Positions 18,945-32,170 of a stretch of DNA of 64,000 nt are shown one piece after another (within the stretch, counting starts at the first letter, position 1; each line of letters starts with the position of its first letter). The stretch is from NCBI GenBank assembly GCA_051294905.1, contig CM119378.1, positions 9,424,001 to 9,488,000 of the forward strand, given 5' to 3'. This DNA is from Botryllus schlosseri (Eukaryota). The position numbers and the translations under genes are program-made. Below the pieces are notes generated by a model, which saw only the letters and a program-made list of their open reading frames with translations, ran no database searches and was not told the DNA's origin.

Positions 18945-19466
18945 TTACTCGTTATTCCAGGGGCGCCAAAACATTCTATCAAGGCGCCTGAGAGTTGCCT
19001 CGTCAAGAGGTCGTAACTGTTCATGATCTGAGGATGGATCGGAATCGCTACTACTAACACCAGAATCAGTATCGGGTAGAGTATTCAAACTTTCATTCGA
19101 ATCTGTCAAATCACTAGATTCGGAATTCGGATAAGTTCTCAACTCGTGGTCTGGGAAAAGATAGGACTCTATCCAATCATGTCCAGAATCACATCCGGAG
19201 CCAGACAAAATACTCGAACTTTCATCTGAGTCAGTGAGATCTAATTCCGAGTCCGTATCATCTCCCCAGATCGAAGGGTTTCTTTCAAAATAGCTTTCCA
19301 AAGTGGCCTCGTCAATTTCTTGTTCATTTTCCTCATTTTCATCTGCTTCAGGCGATGTTTGGCATGATTTGAGAATTTCATCTATATTTTTTAATACAAC
19401 AATCCACCTTCCAGTCCAGATTTGTTCATCCAGAACAGAGGCTTCCATGGCATCAGAACTTGTCAT
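18945..19466 (-). CDS. Acidic Ser/Asp/Glu-rich accessory protein (173 aa)
   Basis: Intact ATG ORF, same strand as the array; internal repeat ELDLTDSDES / SSDLTDSNES. Confidence 0.7.
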   Translation of the reverse strand: MTSSDAMEASVLDEQIWTGRWIVVLKNIDEILKSCQTSPEADENEENEQEIDEATLESYFERNPSIWGDDTDSELDLTDSDESSSILSGSGCDSGHDWIESYLFPDHELRTYPNSESSDLTDSNESLNTLPDTDSGVSSSDSDPSSDHEQLRPLDEATLRRLDRMFWRPWNNE

Positions 19467-20041
19467 GGCTACAGTTATACCAGCAAAGAGATGTATTGCT
19501 GTTTTTTGACCCTATATATACCAAGTCTGTGGAAATGTAATAGGTCTATGTGTCATAAATTTTCCAAGAATGCCACAGGAATCTTTCTTTTTTCTTAGCG
19601 AGTTCACACCACAATACGCAGTGATCATGCTATTCGTCTTATTTTGATTCATCACCCTTTTTTACATGCGCCACACTAGGATATAACCATGATATCCATT
19701 ATCCTAAATCAATCTCGATGTTCATCTTTACTGCTACATTATCCGTATTTTATATGAGGCCTCGCTCAAAGTGAGAACTTACTATCAATTATAATCAGGT
19801 GAATTAAAATTGTAGGTGATTGTACCAATTTTGTGTCCTGTTTCTTCATCTAGCACAGGGGTCTCAAACTCAAACGTGCTTGCGGGCCATTTTCCTAGTT
19901 GGGACGACGCCGCGGGCCGCAGCATTTATAGGGGTATTCTATGTCTTTCCAAGTAGGCCTTATTTGGCGGGAATGAATTTTTCTATTGAGAGTGAGTCGA
20001 TCCAGCAGACTGACAGTAACCACACATCGCCAAAATATGAT

Positions 20042-20317
20042 TTAGATTTGTATAAATTTAGGCCTGGCACGAAAAGAATCATCATATTTATAACTATTTG
20101 AATAGAATTGTTGTTGTACTTGACATAAATTAACTATAAGATATAGACACCATATGGGCGGACAAACGTATGATGCCATCATAAAAGCCATTACATTATA
20201 ATTTTCAGCTACTATGAATATTTTGGATCCAACAGACCGATAACAGAGTCTGATCTGATCATTGTAATTCCAATCACGATTCGGGTATACTTTTGAGAAG
20301 TAGGCTATTAATCTCAT
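20042..20317 (-). CDS. Possible small ORF at the edge of the array
   Basis: ~91 codons from the ATG at 20317; no recognisable motif or paralog. Confidence 0.25.
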   Translation of the reverse strand: MRLIAYFSKVYPNRDWNYNDQIRLCYRSVGSKIFIVAENYNVMAFMMASYVCPPIWCLYLIVNLCQVQQQFYSNSYKYDDSFRARPKFIQI

Positions 20318-20399
20318 GGCCAAATATCTTCAAATATAGGAGCAGAAAAAAATATAAATATAATATAAATATATTAATGAATGTGTCCTAGTGATTGAA

Positions 20400-23211
20400 A
20401 TGTGGGAACGCCGGACGTCCTATTGCTGTTACATCGTTGGAGCGTACCACTACAGTACTCGGTACCTTTAAGTGGCCCTAATAACATGATTTAGCGACCA
20501 AAGATGTAACTAACAGAATGCCAATGGTTTTCATAACCATACTTGCTTGGTTAGCGAAATACCAAGCTGCGACCTTCTGATCTATTACAAGTTCTTTTAT
20601 TGTCAAACAATTGTACCAATTGGCCATTAAATACCAGATCTTTGTGACGGGTCATCGCTTACCTAACGCACCTATCTTTCGGTTTTAATATCAAATTATA
20701 GGGATCTATGCCTTTATTGCTCAGTTCATAGCCCTCATTCAGTACCGTTATTACTATGTCCAACACTTCATCACCAAGTTCGTGCTATCTTACCCCAACT
20801 CTAATTTTCTTAAATACATACATGGAGTATGACTATGTTATTTTAATTGTCGTATGGCCTGTATTCCATCTCTAATACACCCTTAATGAAACTATAACTC
20901 ATGCCTCCTTCAGATACCAAGTCATCAACCTACATTCTAAACTCGGTTTACTTCCTTATAATCATGAACCGCCGGTATGTGAGATATAGCCTCAGTGCAT
21001 GGGGCATGCCATTCTTTTTTTGTTATCAATTCCGAATTTGCGTAATAAATCATAATCAGATTCAGATGGACATGTTTGATCATTGTTAACGCGAAAAATT
21101 CTAAAAATCAGGCCTAATTTTTGGTTCGTGATCCTCTGTGTGGCACGCAAATCAAGAAAGTACTAACTAGATATGCGCTTACTACTTAGCTAATTAGTTA
21201 CTGTATAATTCTGGATATTTAGCTGTCTGAATCTTCTAATCAATGAGTTACGTCAGTCATACATCAACAATTCTTGTTCTTGGTCCATTGCCAACATGAG
21301 CACTGCGTAAAAAGCTACGGGCTGTACCACAATTTCTCTCACGTTTACTGATTCAATCTAACTTGGATATTACCTTAAGCGCTCATTCATTTACCAACCT
21401 TGATATCGAGGCTAAAAGCGACATAAATTAAGTGGTAGCAGGTCATGCGCCATTTTCCAAGCACGATTTTACGCCATTTTGGTTACATACATTCTTGCTT
21501 GGCTCAAACCAGCCGCGTGGTGGCGCCTACAATCCACTAATTCAATATCACTCCTTTACTTACTTTAATTTGTAAACTTATTTCCCAATTCGCATAGTCT
21601 TGCTGCCAAATGCAACAATTCAAATTATCCTGTAGTCACTCAAATTGGCAAGGTCCCACCGACCATTCTCAGCCTTATTCATAGAAAATGCAAAAACCAA
21701 CACGCGCTGCTTCATACTACACCACTGTGTATTGTTATGTAATTGTACTCTAGATTACTAGGTCACTATTGTTGGTACATTATCAATAAACTATCTTTTC
21801 GCACCCAATCTGTCCCAAATAATTACTTCTGCAAACTATAATCCCAAAATGCAAATCTTGCTACCCTCAGAAATCAATGGACTTCCTTAATTATCATATC
21901 TTTTGTTTGTTCTTTGATACTACAAACTTCGCACTATTGCTCAACACTAACAAACTAGCGTTTACGCTGCTGAATTATCTATAATTCATGCGCCGTCTCC
22001 AATACGCAAAACTTACTTTTGTAAATGCAGACTCGCAACAATAGTTACTTTTAAATAAAATACCTGTGCTACATACATGCTAATGGCTATTATCGAAAAC
22101 AAACATCTATTACTACCCAAGTTTCTCGTAGTAATGTTTTGTAATCTACCTACTCGCTTGGGTATTTTTAAATCTGGCCAAAATTACATTTATTTTTAAG
22201 ACTACCTAATTAGTTTGACCACCACTATTACTGGCACAAACCCGATACCTTGCTCTTAATTTCACTTACTTGTAACTACCTGACATTTGAGGCGTGATAT
22301 GAGAAAATAACATTCTCATCTATTTCAGCTTAGTGCTCCTAGATTAATTTAATCACAAGGTGGCTAGCGCAAAAAGTCCTATAACTGTCTCAAGCAATTG
22401 TTCCATCGTTTCAAATATTTTGGAGAGACCGGTTGGCGGAGGCAGCTATCATTACACAAATTACCATACCCGCACGACAATTTCTAGTGAATTTTAATCA
22501 TGTCCAAACAATTAGAACACACTTGTAGTAGAAGAGATATTGTAGAGATCTCCAACACACTAGTTTTGAAATGGACATCTCCAATAGGGCACGAGCAAGC
22601 ACATTTTTTCCTGTTTTAGTAATCCAGTACGCAAGAAGGTTTTGAAAACAGTGCGATCTATCAAAGCCGAAGTTTGTCATGGCTTACAGTAGATTTACAA
22701 TTTTATAGCCCTTTTGTGTTATGACGTACACAATTGTTAGTAATCAATAATATTCGCCTCGCACTGCAATGGGAGTTAGTCCATTTCAGGAAGTCACTCT
22801 ATACGGCTAGGCATTGCTCCACTGCATGCTTGGCGTCGTATTGTTGCATCAGGTTTTAGCTAGGACGACCTGAGTTGTCCGCAACAGCACAATTTAGTTT
22901 TGAAATTATAGACCAGAGTTCTTCAAACGGAGTTACTGCCTAATATGAGATATATCAAAACTTGCAATATAGTGTAACCTTCGAACGGTATTTACAGGGA
23001 TGTACCAAATCCGTAATACAATGAACTGAAGACCAGCTTTCGCAAATGTAGGTTTATGGTTCAGCGTGAGCTAGGACATAGGAGAGCGAGCAACGTGGTA
23101 TTATGTTATTTTAGTGTGATAATTTATACCCTTTGATCGAGAGAGATATTTCACCTGTTTATTTACTCGTCGGCGATAAACCAACGGTTTTGTTTGGTTT
23201 TCAAAAATATA

Positions 23212-23245
<34 letters not shown>

Positions 23246-24900
23246 GGAACATACTGCTTCAGCACAGGCCTTTTTGAGACAATACCTTGCACCCATGTTG
23301 GGTTCAATTCAATTCAACCGGATTTCAGCATCTATATTGAATTAGCTGACAAATATGCAAATAACTATACATGCACCCAGATACTGTATCAGTCACGCGC
23401 AAGTAGAATACGTGAGTAATTGTAAAGCTAAATACTACAGTCAGGCATTGTCAACCAAAATATAGAAAGATACGCCCTGCACAACGTAAATATTGAGTCG
23501 TCTAATGAGACAGAAAAATGTTGTTATTCACAATAGTCCTCTATAATTACCACGGCAGCGTCAGCCATGATCGTTTCATTTGCGGTTAATTTATTTATGA
23601 CTTAACACAACAATTCGAGTATACGCAAGCTACAGTGATTTATTTGACACCGTTTATTTTGTGACGTGATATTTACTTATAAATTCCTCTTCGAGACACG
23701 AGTCAATACATATTTCCCAATCGACTCGAGTCCTCCCAACACTGTTTCTTTCCTTACATTAGTAATACGCAATGTATCAGTCATAGTAAATTAGAACCGC
23801 AGTACCAAAAGGGGTGCGCGAAAGATTAAACTAGCTTTCATATCGAAATTGATCGATTTTATTCAGACTATCTATTTCTTAATCCAGTCTCACCTATGCA
23901 TTTGAGATGACAATAGAATGTGCACGGCGGCCTACGATTTAAGGTTCTTGATCATTCTTGAAGCCTATACACCAAGATGAACTTGCTCGCTTTGCAATGT
24001 AAATCTGATTGTCAGAATTGTTAAGTACGAATAGTGTTGTCGAGCATATGCGGATGGGTTATTTTGTAAATAGCAACAATAATATTGGTCTTTTAAAATT
24101 CCATATCCAGTCGCCGCTCTTATAATCAGCGTTTGTGCTAGCCCCAGTTACAAAAAACATCAGGTAATGTTCAGTATATAGGTCATCATTGTCAATCTAG
24201 AATATACTATGACTCGGGCTACCCTTGATTTTATTATATTCCTTTATTCTTCATATATACGAATGCGCATGACTAGATTCACCCCAAATAACGTTCCATC
24301 CTGTCAGGTATTCTAGAAGGAACCATTAATTGGGATGGCTCCTGTCACACAATTTTAGCTACCATGTCCATATTAGCAATACTTTACCTAAGAAAACTTC
24401 GAGAACAATTCCAATATTTTAGCCTTAGTAGCTTAAAAGCTTTGAAGGGAATCAATCACTTTGCGTCTTGAGTAGAATTGTTATTATTCAGTATTATACG
24501 GCTCGTAGCTTAATATAATTTTGACAGTACAGGAAGCTATCCATGCTACTCGTCTTCGTTGCGGCAAACGCTTGTTGGATTACTTTGCCACATGGTTTAA
24601 GTTTGGATCGGCGAGGCCAGTTGTGTGTATAAGTACAGTTAATTTCTGGAACTTGTAGGTTAGTGTCCCTCAACCGGGATATATGTAATTCTTGAGATAT
24701 ACCAGAGGTTGCAAAGCGCGTACCTTTCCCATGGAATATACATATGGATGTACCAGAATGGGATCACCCCAAGCCTACAATCCGTTATCACCGAGGTAGG
24801 TATATGTATAATGTTGTCTCATATATAATACTGTACTCCGCCTAGTCACAATATCGCGATTTATTTATTTTCGTCGTAAACTCAACTTACTGGTCTAGTT
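20400..24900 (-). pseudogene. Decayed long coding relic in two blocks (~20.4-22.5 kb and ~23.9-24.9 kb), identity unknown
   Basis: Manual translation gives protein-like runs broken by stops and frameshifts, e.g. HELGDEVLDIVITVLNEGYELSNKGIDPYNLILKPKD and LPPPTGLSKIFETMEQLLETVIGLFAL. Confidence 0.3.
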
Positions 24901-27900
24901 AGTTGTTATAAAGTACCTACAGTTGGAAGACATGTTTTACGTTAGCCATTTATGCGATAGATCAGATTTCCTGAAGCGGTATTCCCTGCTTGACGTAAAT
25001 AAATGCCACAATGTAGTGAATGCAACAATCGGAGCGACTCAGCCGGCCCGGGTCGAAACACTTTCCATATTAGAAATCAAAAAACTTTTTGATTCAAAAT
25101 ACCGATCGGTCGCGTCTCGATCCCAGCACTGCAACATTCGAGTCACGAGTCACTTCGAGTCACCGCATCCTTCGATCGAGCCGAGTCAAGTCAACTGATT
25201 AGTGAAAGTGACTCAAATCAAGCTAAGGTTGGAATTGAATTGATTTTATTAGTCACAAGACGTGATTATATCATTATACTTTACTAGTCTTCCGCAATAC
25301 ATATCGGGCGGTCATCGGTATCTAACCGATGAAGATATATTGAGTTAAATAAGTCCACAAATAATGCGCTGTATTGCTTGCATACAAGTAACTTAAGTCA
25401 TTTAAGCAAACGCACCGTTCTTAATTTATCATATCCGCCAAAAATAAATAAAACACTTATAGCTTATGATGGCATTGGCTGCAAACTTCGACTTCTTAAC
25501 CCGCGACCAGGATATTTGTGACATGTCAGATGGATGCCCAATAAAATGCATTATCATTGAAAGATTGGTCGCTTTTTATGTATCCCATAAACTTTGCGTG
25601 AAAAATCCAAACATATGCTATATACCACAATCTTTGTCTGCATTTGATTATTTGATGACTTGAAATTGGCTCACTAATTTTACTCCGAATTAAATTCAAT
25701 TCATAAACAGGTATACCGAATCAATTCAGATATTATCCAGTTGCTCAAGGCCAATGACTCGAGAGACCATGGACTCATGCACAGTAGCGCCCAATACAAA
25801 GATAATCGGCATTTCTTGTAGTCTAACTGCTATTGTCAACCCTGCGCAGTGCACAGTACACAATGTGAGGCAGCTCTGATACTTAATAGGTTGGTGATTG
25901 TGCTATTGCTGATTGAAATTACCACTTTTTACGAGGCGGCGAATTCTTGTGACGTCATAATTGCTGTAATCGTCGCACGAAATCGCAATTTACTGCATAC
26001 CGCTGGTGTACGTGCAGAGTTGAACCATTCGCGTGACGTTTCAATATCGGCTCTGCACTTATTAATATCAAACCATGCAGTCGAGTTATTAAATGGAATC
26101 TCAAAACGGTACGATCATTTGAAGTGTAACCGCGGCCTGCGCTACCAGTCCGTCCGACGAATCTCCAGTTACATCAACGCTGTTCACGCGCAATGCCCCG
26201 TGTGAGTAACGAAATACACTACGCATGGCTCTGCAGGCAACACACGACAACGCTATAATACTTCCAGCTGACAATAATGATGATTACAAACGCGAAATCG
26301 CGCAGCCGTGCAATCAGTCATTGTCTCTGCATCGTTTTGACCTACTCGCATCGCGGCAATTGTTTGATGATTAAAACATTGGTGCATTTCCCAATTTAAG
26401 TTCACGAGGCATTTCGAGAGTACATCGGTCAATTCGCAAATTCCATCTGCGTGTCGATGGCCGGGTTGGCCGCCAACGCATACCAATTGAACTACGTGTT
26501 GACGGCCGCACAAATCTCTTTCTACGGTCGCGTGTTAGCCACCCCTGGGCTAGGATTGATTCCACTCCCAGCCGCATGTCGCGATCTTACCAATAGAAAT
26601 CCATTGTCTATTTAATCTCTAATGGGTAAATATTCGATAATATTATTCTGGAAACGAGTTCATCCAGCAATCAATTTTATCGGAATGTAGAAGGTTCCCT
26701 GTTCGAACGAATCGAATAATATCAGAATTTGTGCTACTATGACCAATAATCCTGTGCTGCATCACGTTAATAATGAAAGGAACACTCAAAAAATGACTTT
26801 GTGCGACAATTTCGGAGTACGAATGTATCTAGTAGCTAGTTTTGTAAACGAATATGGGCGCACATAATTTAGATTTCAGAAAAGCATAACGTATATTAGC
26901 GCTCCTGGTCGGGAGAGGAGATCTAGGATGGTGCTTCTCAGCCCACGCTGGGTGCGTAGTCAGTGGAAAAATTCGGGGAATGTCCTAACTTGATGGATTT
27001 CAAACCTTTGCCGTATTCCAGAACTCGAGACATGGTACTGACACACATCTTTTGATCATTACGCTCCAATATTAGTGGATATCAATTTCTCATGTTAATG
27101 TTTGCCTCCATTCGAATCATTCGATGTTATTCAGTTTCGCGATGTCGCCTTTTAAGCAATATGAGATAAGACCATCACTAATTAGCGTACACCCGACCGC
27201 ATTGTCGCCAGACCCGCGAGAGATAGGAGCCGAAGCATGTTAGGCTCGAGACGCTATAGTCAGGCCATAGGCCAGCAATAATCTCTTTCACTCCAGGCCT
27301 ATTGCAGATGCTATTGTGTGAGTCAGCGATGAAATCGTGCACACCAGGCCGAAGCCGCCAATGCATATGTGATTGCGCAGTCAAACGATGATATAGTGTG
27401 AACTGGGCCCATTGCAGATGTGATTGTTAGGCCTGCGAAACCAGGCTTTATCTAGACGCGATAAATCAGGCTTGCGAAGTTTTCCACGCGCACAGAAATG
27501 AATGACCTAATTTCGCGACCATCTCAGCGGGAGATAATCACAGCTTCCTCTCGCTAATTGACAACTCGTTTCTCGCAAACCCGCCGCGCGGAACACTGAT
27601 TACACAATTATTGAATTGTAGCTAAATATTAGATTTCCAATGATCATTTCAAAATGACGGGGTTTCGCGTTTCAAATAGGCAAGTTCGACCCCCAAAATC
27701 CCCGTGGTTACGCGCCTGGCACACGCGCGTATCAAAATCGAAGACGTCTCTAACGAGGTCGCATCGATTCGCCTGATTACTAATTACTAATTACAAATCA
27801 CTTCAGCGTTTGAGCATTTTGTACGAGGTGGCCGCCACCTTGTAATCTCATAAATTGGCGCTTATGTTACCCAATACTGTTATATTTAAGTTATGTAAAG

Positions 27901-29152
27901 AACAGCTACAGTATCAAAACGCGTCGACAGCAGGCTGATACTATAAACCTTAAAATTCCAGATCTACTATCATTATTTACTTCAAATGATTGTATTTTCA
28001 AACGTCCTTAACAGGGATTATCTTGGCGTGTCGTGATTCTATTTCGTAGTATACTTTACGCCTATACCCGTATGTCATGCTATCCCATGCAATCCTAATC
28101 ATTCTAACCGTTGGACCCCAGCGTTTATATTGAATTAGTACCGAGTGTTTAGAATTTATTTTGTATAGTAAGAATATCAATGTCGCGAGTGATTATAATA
28201 TAAGTCTCATATCATAGCTATAAGTACCACGTTGATTCTCTCTCTCTCTTTATAGAAAGATGAGCATCAGTTTCGTTTTATATTATCGAAATTTCCCTAG
28301 GTGCCATGACAAGTAATAGTCCACACATTGTAATAATAGCTTTCCACTTTTAGTAACATTTGGTATAACTGATACCGTTTCCACGCGACAATATTAGATT
28401 GGCAGTCTGTTCCGTGATGACCCAAGTTATATTCAGGTCTATTATCTTGACATACCAAAACTTGTTGAGTGTCAACTAGTGCTGGAACAAAAGCACGACC
28501 TTCGATACCCCAGTCATTACCAGTTAACACACATTCTGACTCGAGTCAAGTCCAAGTCAATCGACTCCCAATGCGACCCGAGTCAAACCAAGTCACTCGT
28601 TCCCTATAAGCGAATCGCTCCAGGTCAAACCACTCGAAGAAGTCGACCCGAGTCACCTCAATACTGGTGTCAACCTATATATGGATAAGCTGACTACCAG
28701 CACTCAACTCCCTTAACACCTTACAGTCTGGTATGGAGTCAACTGATTTTTCCATTCCTGCGCTCCGCGTTTTATCCAGTTTTGAGCGGAAGAACGTTAA
28801 CGCGCATGCACCTCCCATCACCACGAGCAATTTGCTATTTTCGTAAAGTGGGGTTTTGGCATCCTTCCGAACATTCATCAAGCAAATTTTTGTCGCTATC
28901 CTTTGTACTCCGGCATGATTAAGCCCCCCATTACAGACAAATTTCACCATTTTGCTGCAGTTAAATATTTCCTGTTCGTCAATTACCCACTGTAGCGCTT
29001 CCTTTCCCACCATTAGTTGTGGCCTTATTGTGCAAGAGTTTTGCAATGGCGTGATCAACCCCTCAATTGGGGTCGTATTTTGCCGTTTCTACTAAATTAA
29101 ATTTTCTTGTTCGTCAATATGCCATCGCAACATGTACAAAAATTACGCCATC

Positions 29153-29288
29153 CTGCTTCCATATTTACTTACTACTACATTACTTAATCCTTCCATTTTT
29201 AACGCTTCCATATTTACTTACTACTGCATTACTTAATCCTTCCATTTTTACTGCTTCCATATTTACTCACTACTGCATTACTTAATCC
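29153..29288. repeat. 49-bp minisatellite, ~2.7 copies
   Basis: The unit gcttccatatttacttactact.cattacttaatccttccattttt starts at 29155, 29204 and 29253. Confidence 0.85.
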
Positions 29289-29592
29289 CGATTTGGCTTA
29301 GCAATACCATCCGAAAATTTCGCAATTATGTATTTCGCAATAATAGTCATTGTATAATCATCGTTAATACCGCAAATTTGCCTCGTACATTCTCAAATTC
29401 CGTACAATTTTAGGCTTCCATAAACAAATACAGCATGATTTTTTTAAACTATGTTATTTCAACGGAGTTAAATTTAGGTTAATAGTTAATTTCACATGGA
29501 CTCTAATCCGTGAAAACGGGCCGAACACAACACAACACATAACAACCCTAGCTTCTACCTTTACAATAATTCAGTAATTATTTTCACAATAT

Positions 29593-31935
29593 CTATCTCA
29601 GTTTTTCATGCAATGTTACTGCTGTAATATACGTCTTTTGGTTATTCCGCCGAACAACCTTTTTAAGATAATTTTTTGCTGCAACTCTCCCGCATTTCGC
29701 ATAACAAAAATACATACATCCTACCATTGTTGTTACGCTAACCGCAAAAATCAAGACATAATTGTTAAGTGATTCTTCTAAATCCTTTCTATTGTTAATA
29801 TCCACAATAATTTTACCTGATGCATATCCTTGTTCTATTTCGTGTAGTTTGTGCAATCGTCCATAGAAGTCAAATGTAATTCGGTCCAATCTGTCATATC
29901 TGGCCGTAGGTAAGGTATGCGGTATACTGAGTGTAGTTTTTCCTTCTTCTTCGATAGAGGGTGTAATTGAAGAAAGTGCACTATTGGAAGTACTCTTCCA
30001 ACTTCTGATCACATCATTTTTACTTACTGATGTGGGATCGCTCTGATAGTCACCTGATGAAAGCATTGACGTTGATTTAGTTCTTACCTGTAGATCTTGC
30101 TTTTTGTTTAAATTATCTGGTTCTGTATTAGAGCGGGACTTGCTGGTGACGAAGTATTGGTGCGTTTCAACTGTCGTTGCTACTTGTGATGTATCAAACA
30201 ACATATTGAAATGCGCTCTTGGCGGTGTCGTGTCCTTGATTTGATTTGCGTGATGACTTAATTGTATGTAAGACTCAGGTATCTGCGTAATTTGGGATGT
30301 TTTCCTTATTGGCACGGATAAGGAGCCTAACATTTCACCATTTTTTGAGGGTATTTGATAGGTCATGGTATTCCATTGTAACCTTGCTTTTACACTTCTC
30401 GCCATTGGTACACGTGTTGTTAACCCACTTTCAGAAAAGGTGACTCCTGTCGTAGCAATACCAATGCTTTTCTGAGTGTCCATCTCTGTTGATATAGCCA
30501 TAGATGGTTCCACAGTTGTGAAAATATCAGTGGGACTCGTCCTGCGTCTTTCTTGCTCACTAACAGTTTTCACTGTAGTTAAGAATGTAATAATAGATGT
30601 AGTTGGTCTTGGGCCGGTGTTATCTTCGCGTGAGGAATGCACAGTAGTCAATATGGCTGGGAGCGATGTCGATGAAGTCGTTTCGGAAATAGCAATAGCC
30701 GATGTCAACCCTCCAGTATCTGGTGTGATTGCAGCAGTGGATAAAGTGGTCGTAATACTATCTGACGTATGTGCAGATGTTTTTGGCGTGGAAATTGTCG
30801 TATCTGTTGTTAACTCAGTCGTATATTGAGTATTTTTAATTGATGTTGGAGTTTCAATCATTGGTAATGCCATTGTAGTTTCAATAATATTTGTAGAATC
30901 CGTAGTATAAGCTATCTGTATGGGCCTATGTTTTAATAAAACATTATATTCTCCGTCTTTGTCATAATAATCGTAGTAGTAATTTCCAGCGTCTTGAAAA
31001 CTAGTATTATCGTCATAACCGGCATAGCTAATTCCTTCGTCGTAACCTTCTATATAATCGTAGTTATAGTGGTTAGTGTCGTATTGATTCGTCATTCTTA
31101 CATTTTCCTCAGTAATTGTTATGGTTTTTACCCGTGTCACAGCGGGTTCTGGAGTCGCTACAACAGAAGTGATATCAACCCATATACCAGTCTCGCTACT
31201 AGGAGGCACTTCTCGAGTGATTCCTTCGTAACTTACAGTCCTTGTCGTTATTGCTTCCGCGTTACTTCGTGGCATTACGGAGCTAGAAGGTACTTTTCGA
31301 GTGGTTCCTTCATAATTTACAGCCTTTGTCGTTATTGATTCCGCGGTACTTAATGGCATTTCAGAGTTAGTTCTGATTTTGTTATTGTCCTTATAGGCAT
31401 AAGGCGTATACACCAATATTCCAGCACATATTGCGGCTGTGTAGGCCACACTTGGTCGGAATATCCGGATATCATGAAACTGCACCTCTATGAGCTTGCG
31501 TGTTGACATATAGCTCAGTAATTCTTCATTTATCCTACTCAATTTCTGAGGTGTCAAGGCTGACCGTAGCGCCTGACTTAGAGACTCCATCTCTTTACCA
31601 GTTATGGACCTGTCCAATCTCCCCAGTTTTCTCCGCATTTTATATATGGGCAAAGATAACTGGCGTAACCGCCGTTTTGTTGCTTCTACGTAATACATTC
31701 CTAGGCGAGCTAGATAATAGTCCATATTCCTTGTATTTTGCCCATAGCTTTTAAATGATGCAGTCAGGATAAAGTCGCCTAATCTACCGGGTTGTTTACA
31801 CTTGGGTAGACTCTTAGGCCATGCTTTGAGGGGAGATTCCTGACCTGCAGGTTTTGGAGATGCAATTCGTAAACGACCATTGCTATGATCTGCATACACG
31901 GGTTGATTTGTATATGGATCACCCAGCAAACACAA
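29593..31935 (-). CDS. Mucin-like membrane glycoprotein (780-codon frame; first ATG at 31725 gives 710 aa)
   Basis: Long Thr/Ser-rich stalk, Tyr/Asp-rich patch, duplicated AE.ITT..V.YEG.TR.VP.SS unit, C-terminal TM (YVLIFAVSVTTMVGCMYFCY) with a basic tail, possible second TM (VAYTAAICAGILVY). The ORF track start is a TTG, so the true 5' end is uncertain. Confidence 0.8.
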   Translation of the reverse strand: MCLLGDPYTNQPVYADHSNGRLRIASPKPAGQESPLKAWPKSLPKCKQPGRLGDFILTASFKSYGQNTRNMDYYLARLGMYYVEATKRRLRQLSLPIYKMRRKLGRLDRSITGKEMESLSQALRSALTPQKLSRINEELLSYMSTRKLIEVQFHDIRIFRPSVAYTAAICAGILVYTPYAYKDNNKIRTNSEMPLSTAESITTKAVNYEGTTRKVPSSSVMPRSNAEAITTRTVSYEGITREVPPSSETGIWVDITSVVATPEPAVTRVKTITITEENVRMTNQYDTNHYNYDYIEGYDEGISYAGYDDNTSFQDAGNYYYDYYDKDGEYNVLLKHRPIQIAYTTDSTNIIETTMALPMIETPTSIKNTQYTTELTTDTTISTPKTSAHTSDSITTTLSTAAITPDTGGLTSAIAISETTSSTSLPAILTTVHSSREDNTGPRPTTSIITFLTTVKTVSEQERRRTSPTDIFTTVEPSMAISTEMDTQKSIGIATTGVTFSESGLTTRVPMARSVKARLQWNTMTYQIPSKNGEMLGSLSVPIRKTSQITQIPESYIQLSHHANQIKDTTPPRAHFNMLFDTSQVATTVETHQYFVTSKSRSNTEPDNLNKKQDLQVRTKSTSMLSSGDYQSDPTSVSKNDVIRSWKSTSNSALSSITPSIEEEGKTTLSIPHTLPTARYDRLDRITFDFYGRLHKLHEIEQGYASGKIIVDINNRKDLEESLNNYVLIFAVSVTTMVGCMYFCYAKCGRVAAKNYLKKVVRRNNQKTYITAVTLHEKLR

Positions 31936-32039
31936 AACTTATTAAAGATATTTTTTAAACATCTTCCATGAGTTCAAAAGATGTCCTTCAATGAAGTGCA
32001 AAATATATACATTTGTCGACAGAAATGGATATATATAAG

Positions 32040-32170
32040 ATGTCCTGTAGGACATCCTCAAAGATATCCTGATAGACATCCTCAAAGATATCCTGATAAT
32101 CATCCTCAAAAATATCCTGATGGAGATCCTCAAAGATATCCTGATAAACATCCTCAACGACATCCTATAA
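32040..32170. repeat. 24-bp tandem repeat (gacatcctcaaagatatcctgata-like), ~5-6 copies
   Basis: Directly visible, just upstream of the mucin-like ORF. Confidence 0.85.

Larger units (their letters stand above)
1..19500 (-). mobile_element. Core of a retrovirus-like LTR retroelement: accessory gene array, promoter/SL/R-U5, PBS, gag, pro(-pol); continues beyond position 1
   Basis: PBS at 4087-4104, gag with CCHC knuckle, -1 frameshift into a DTG protease. About 16 co-oriented, tightly packed intronless ORFs lie upstream and share promoter and SL-like motifs with the gag leader. Confidence 0.75.

Noticed and set aside
15-19509. Plus-strand ORFs of 60-105 aa opposite gag and the accessory genes
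   Set aside because: They are antisense shadows of long minus-strand ORFs and have no motifs.
28675-29058. 127-aa ORF as another element gene
   Set aside because: No clear start or domain, and it adjoins MITE fragments. It could be a decayed exon, but I cannot support a call.
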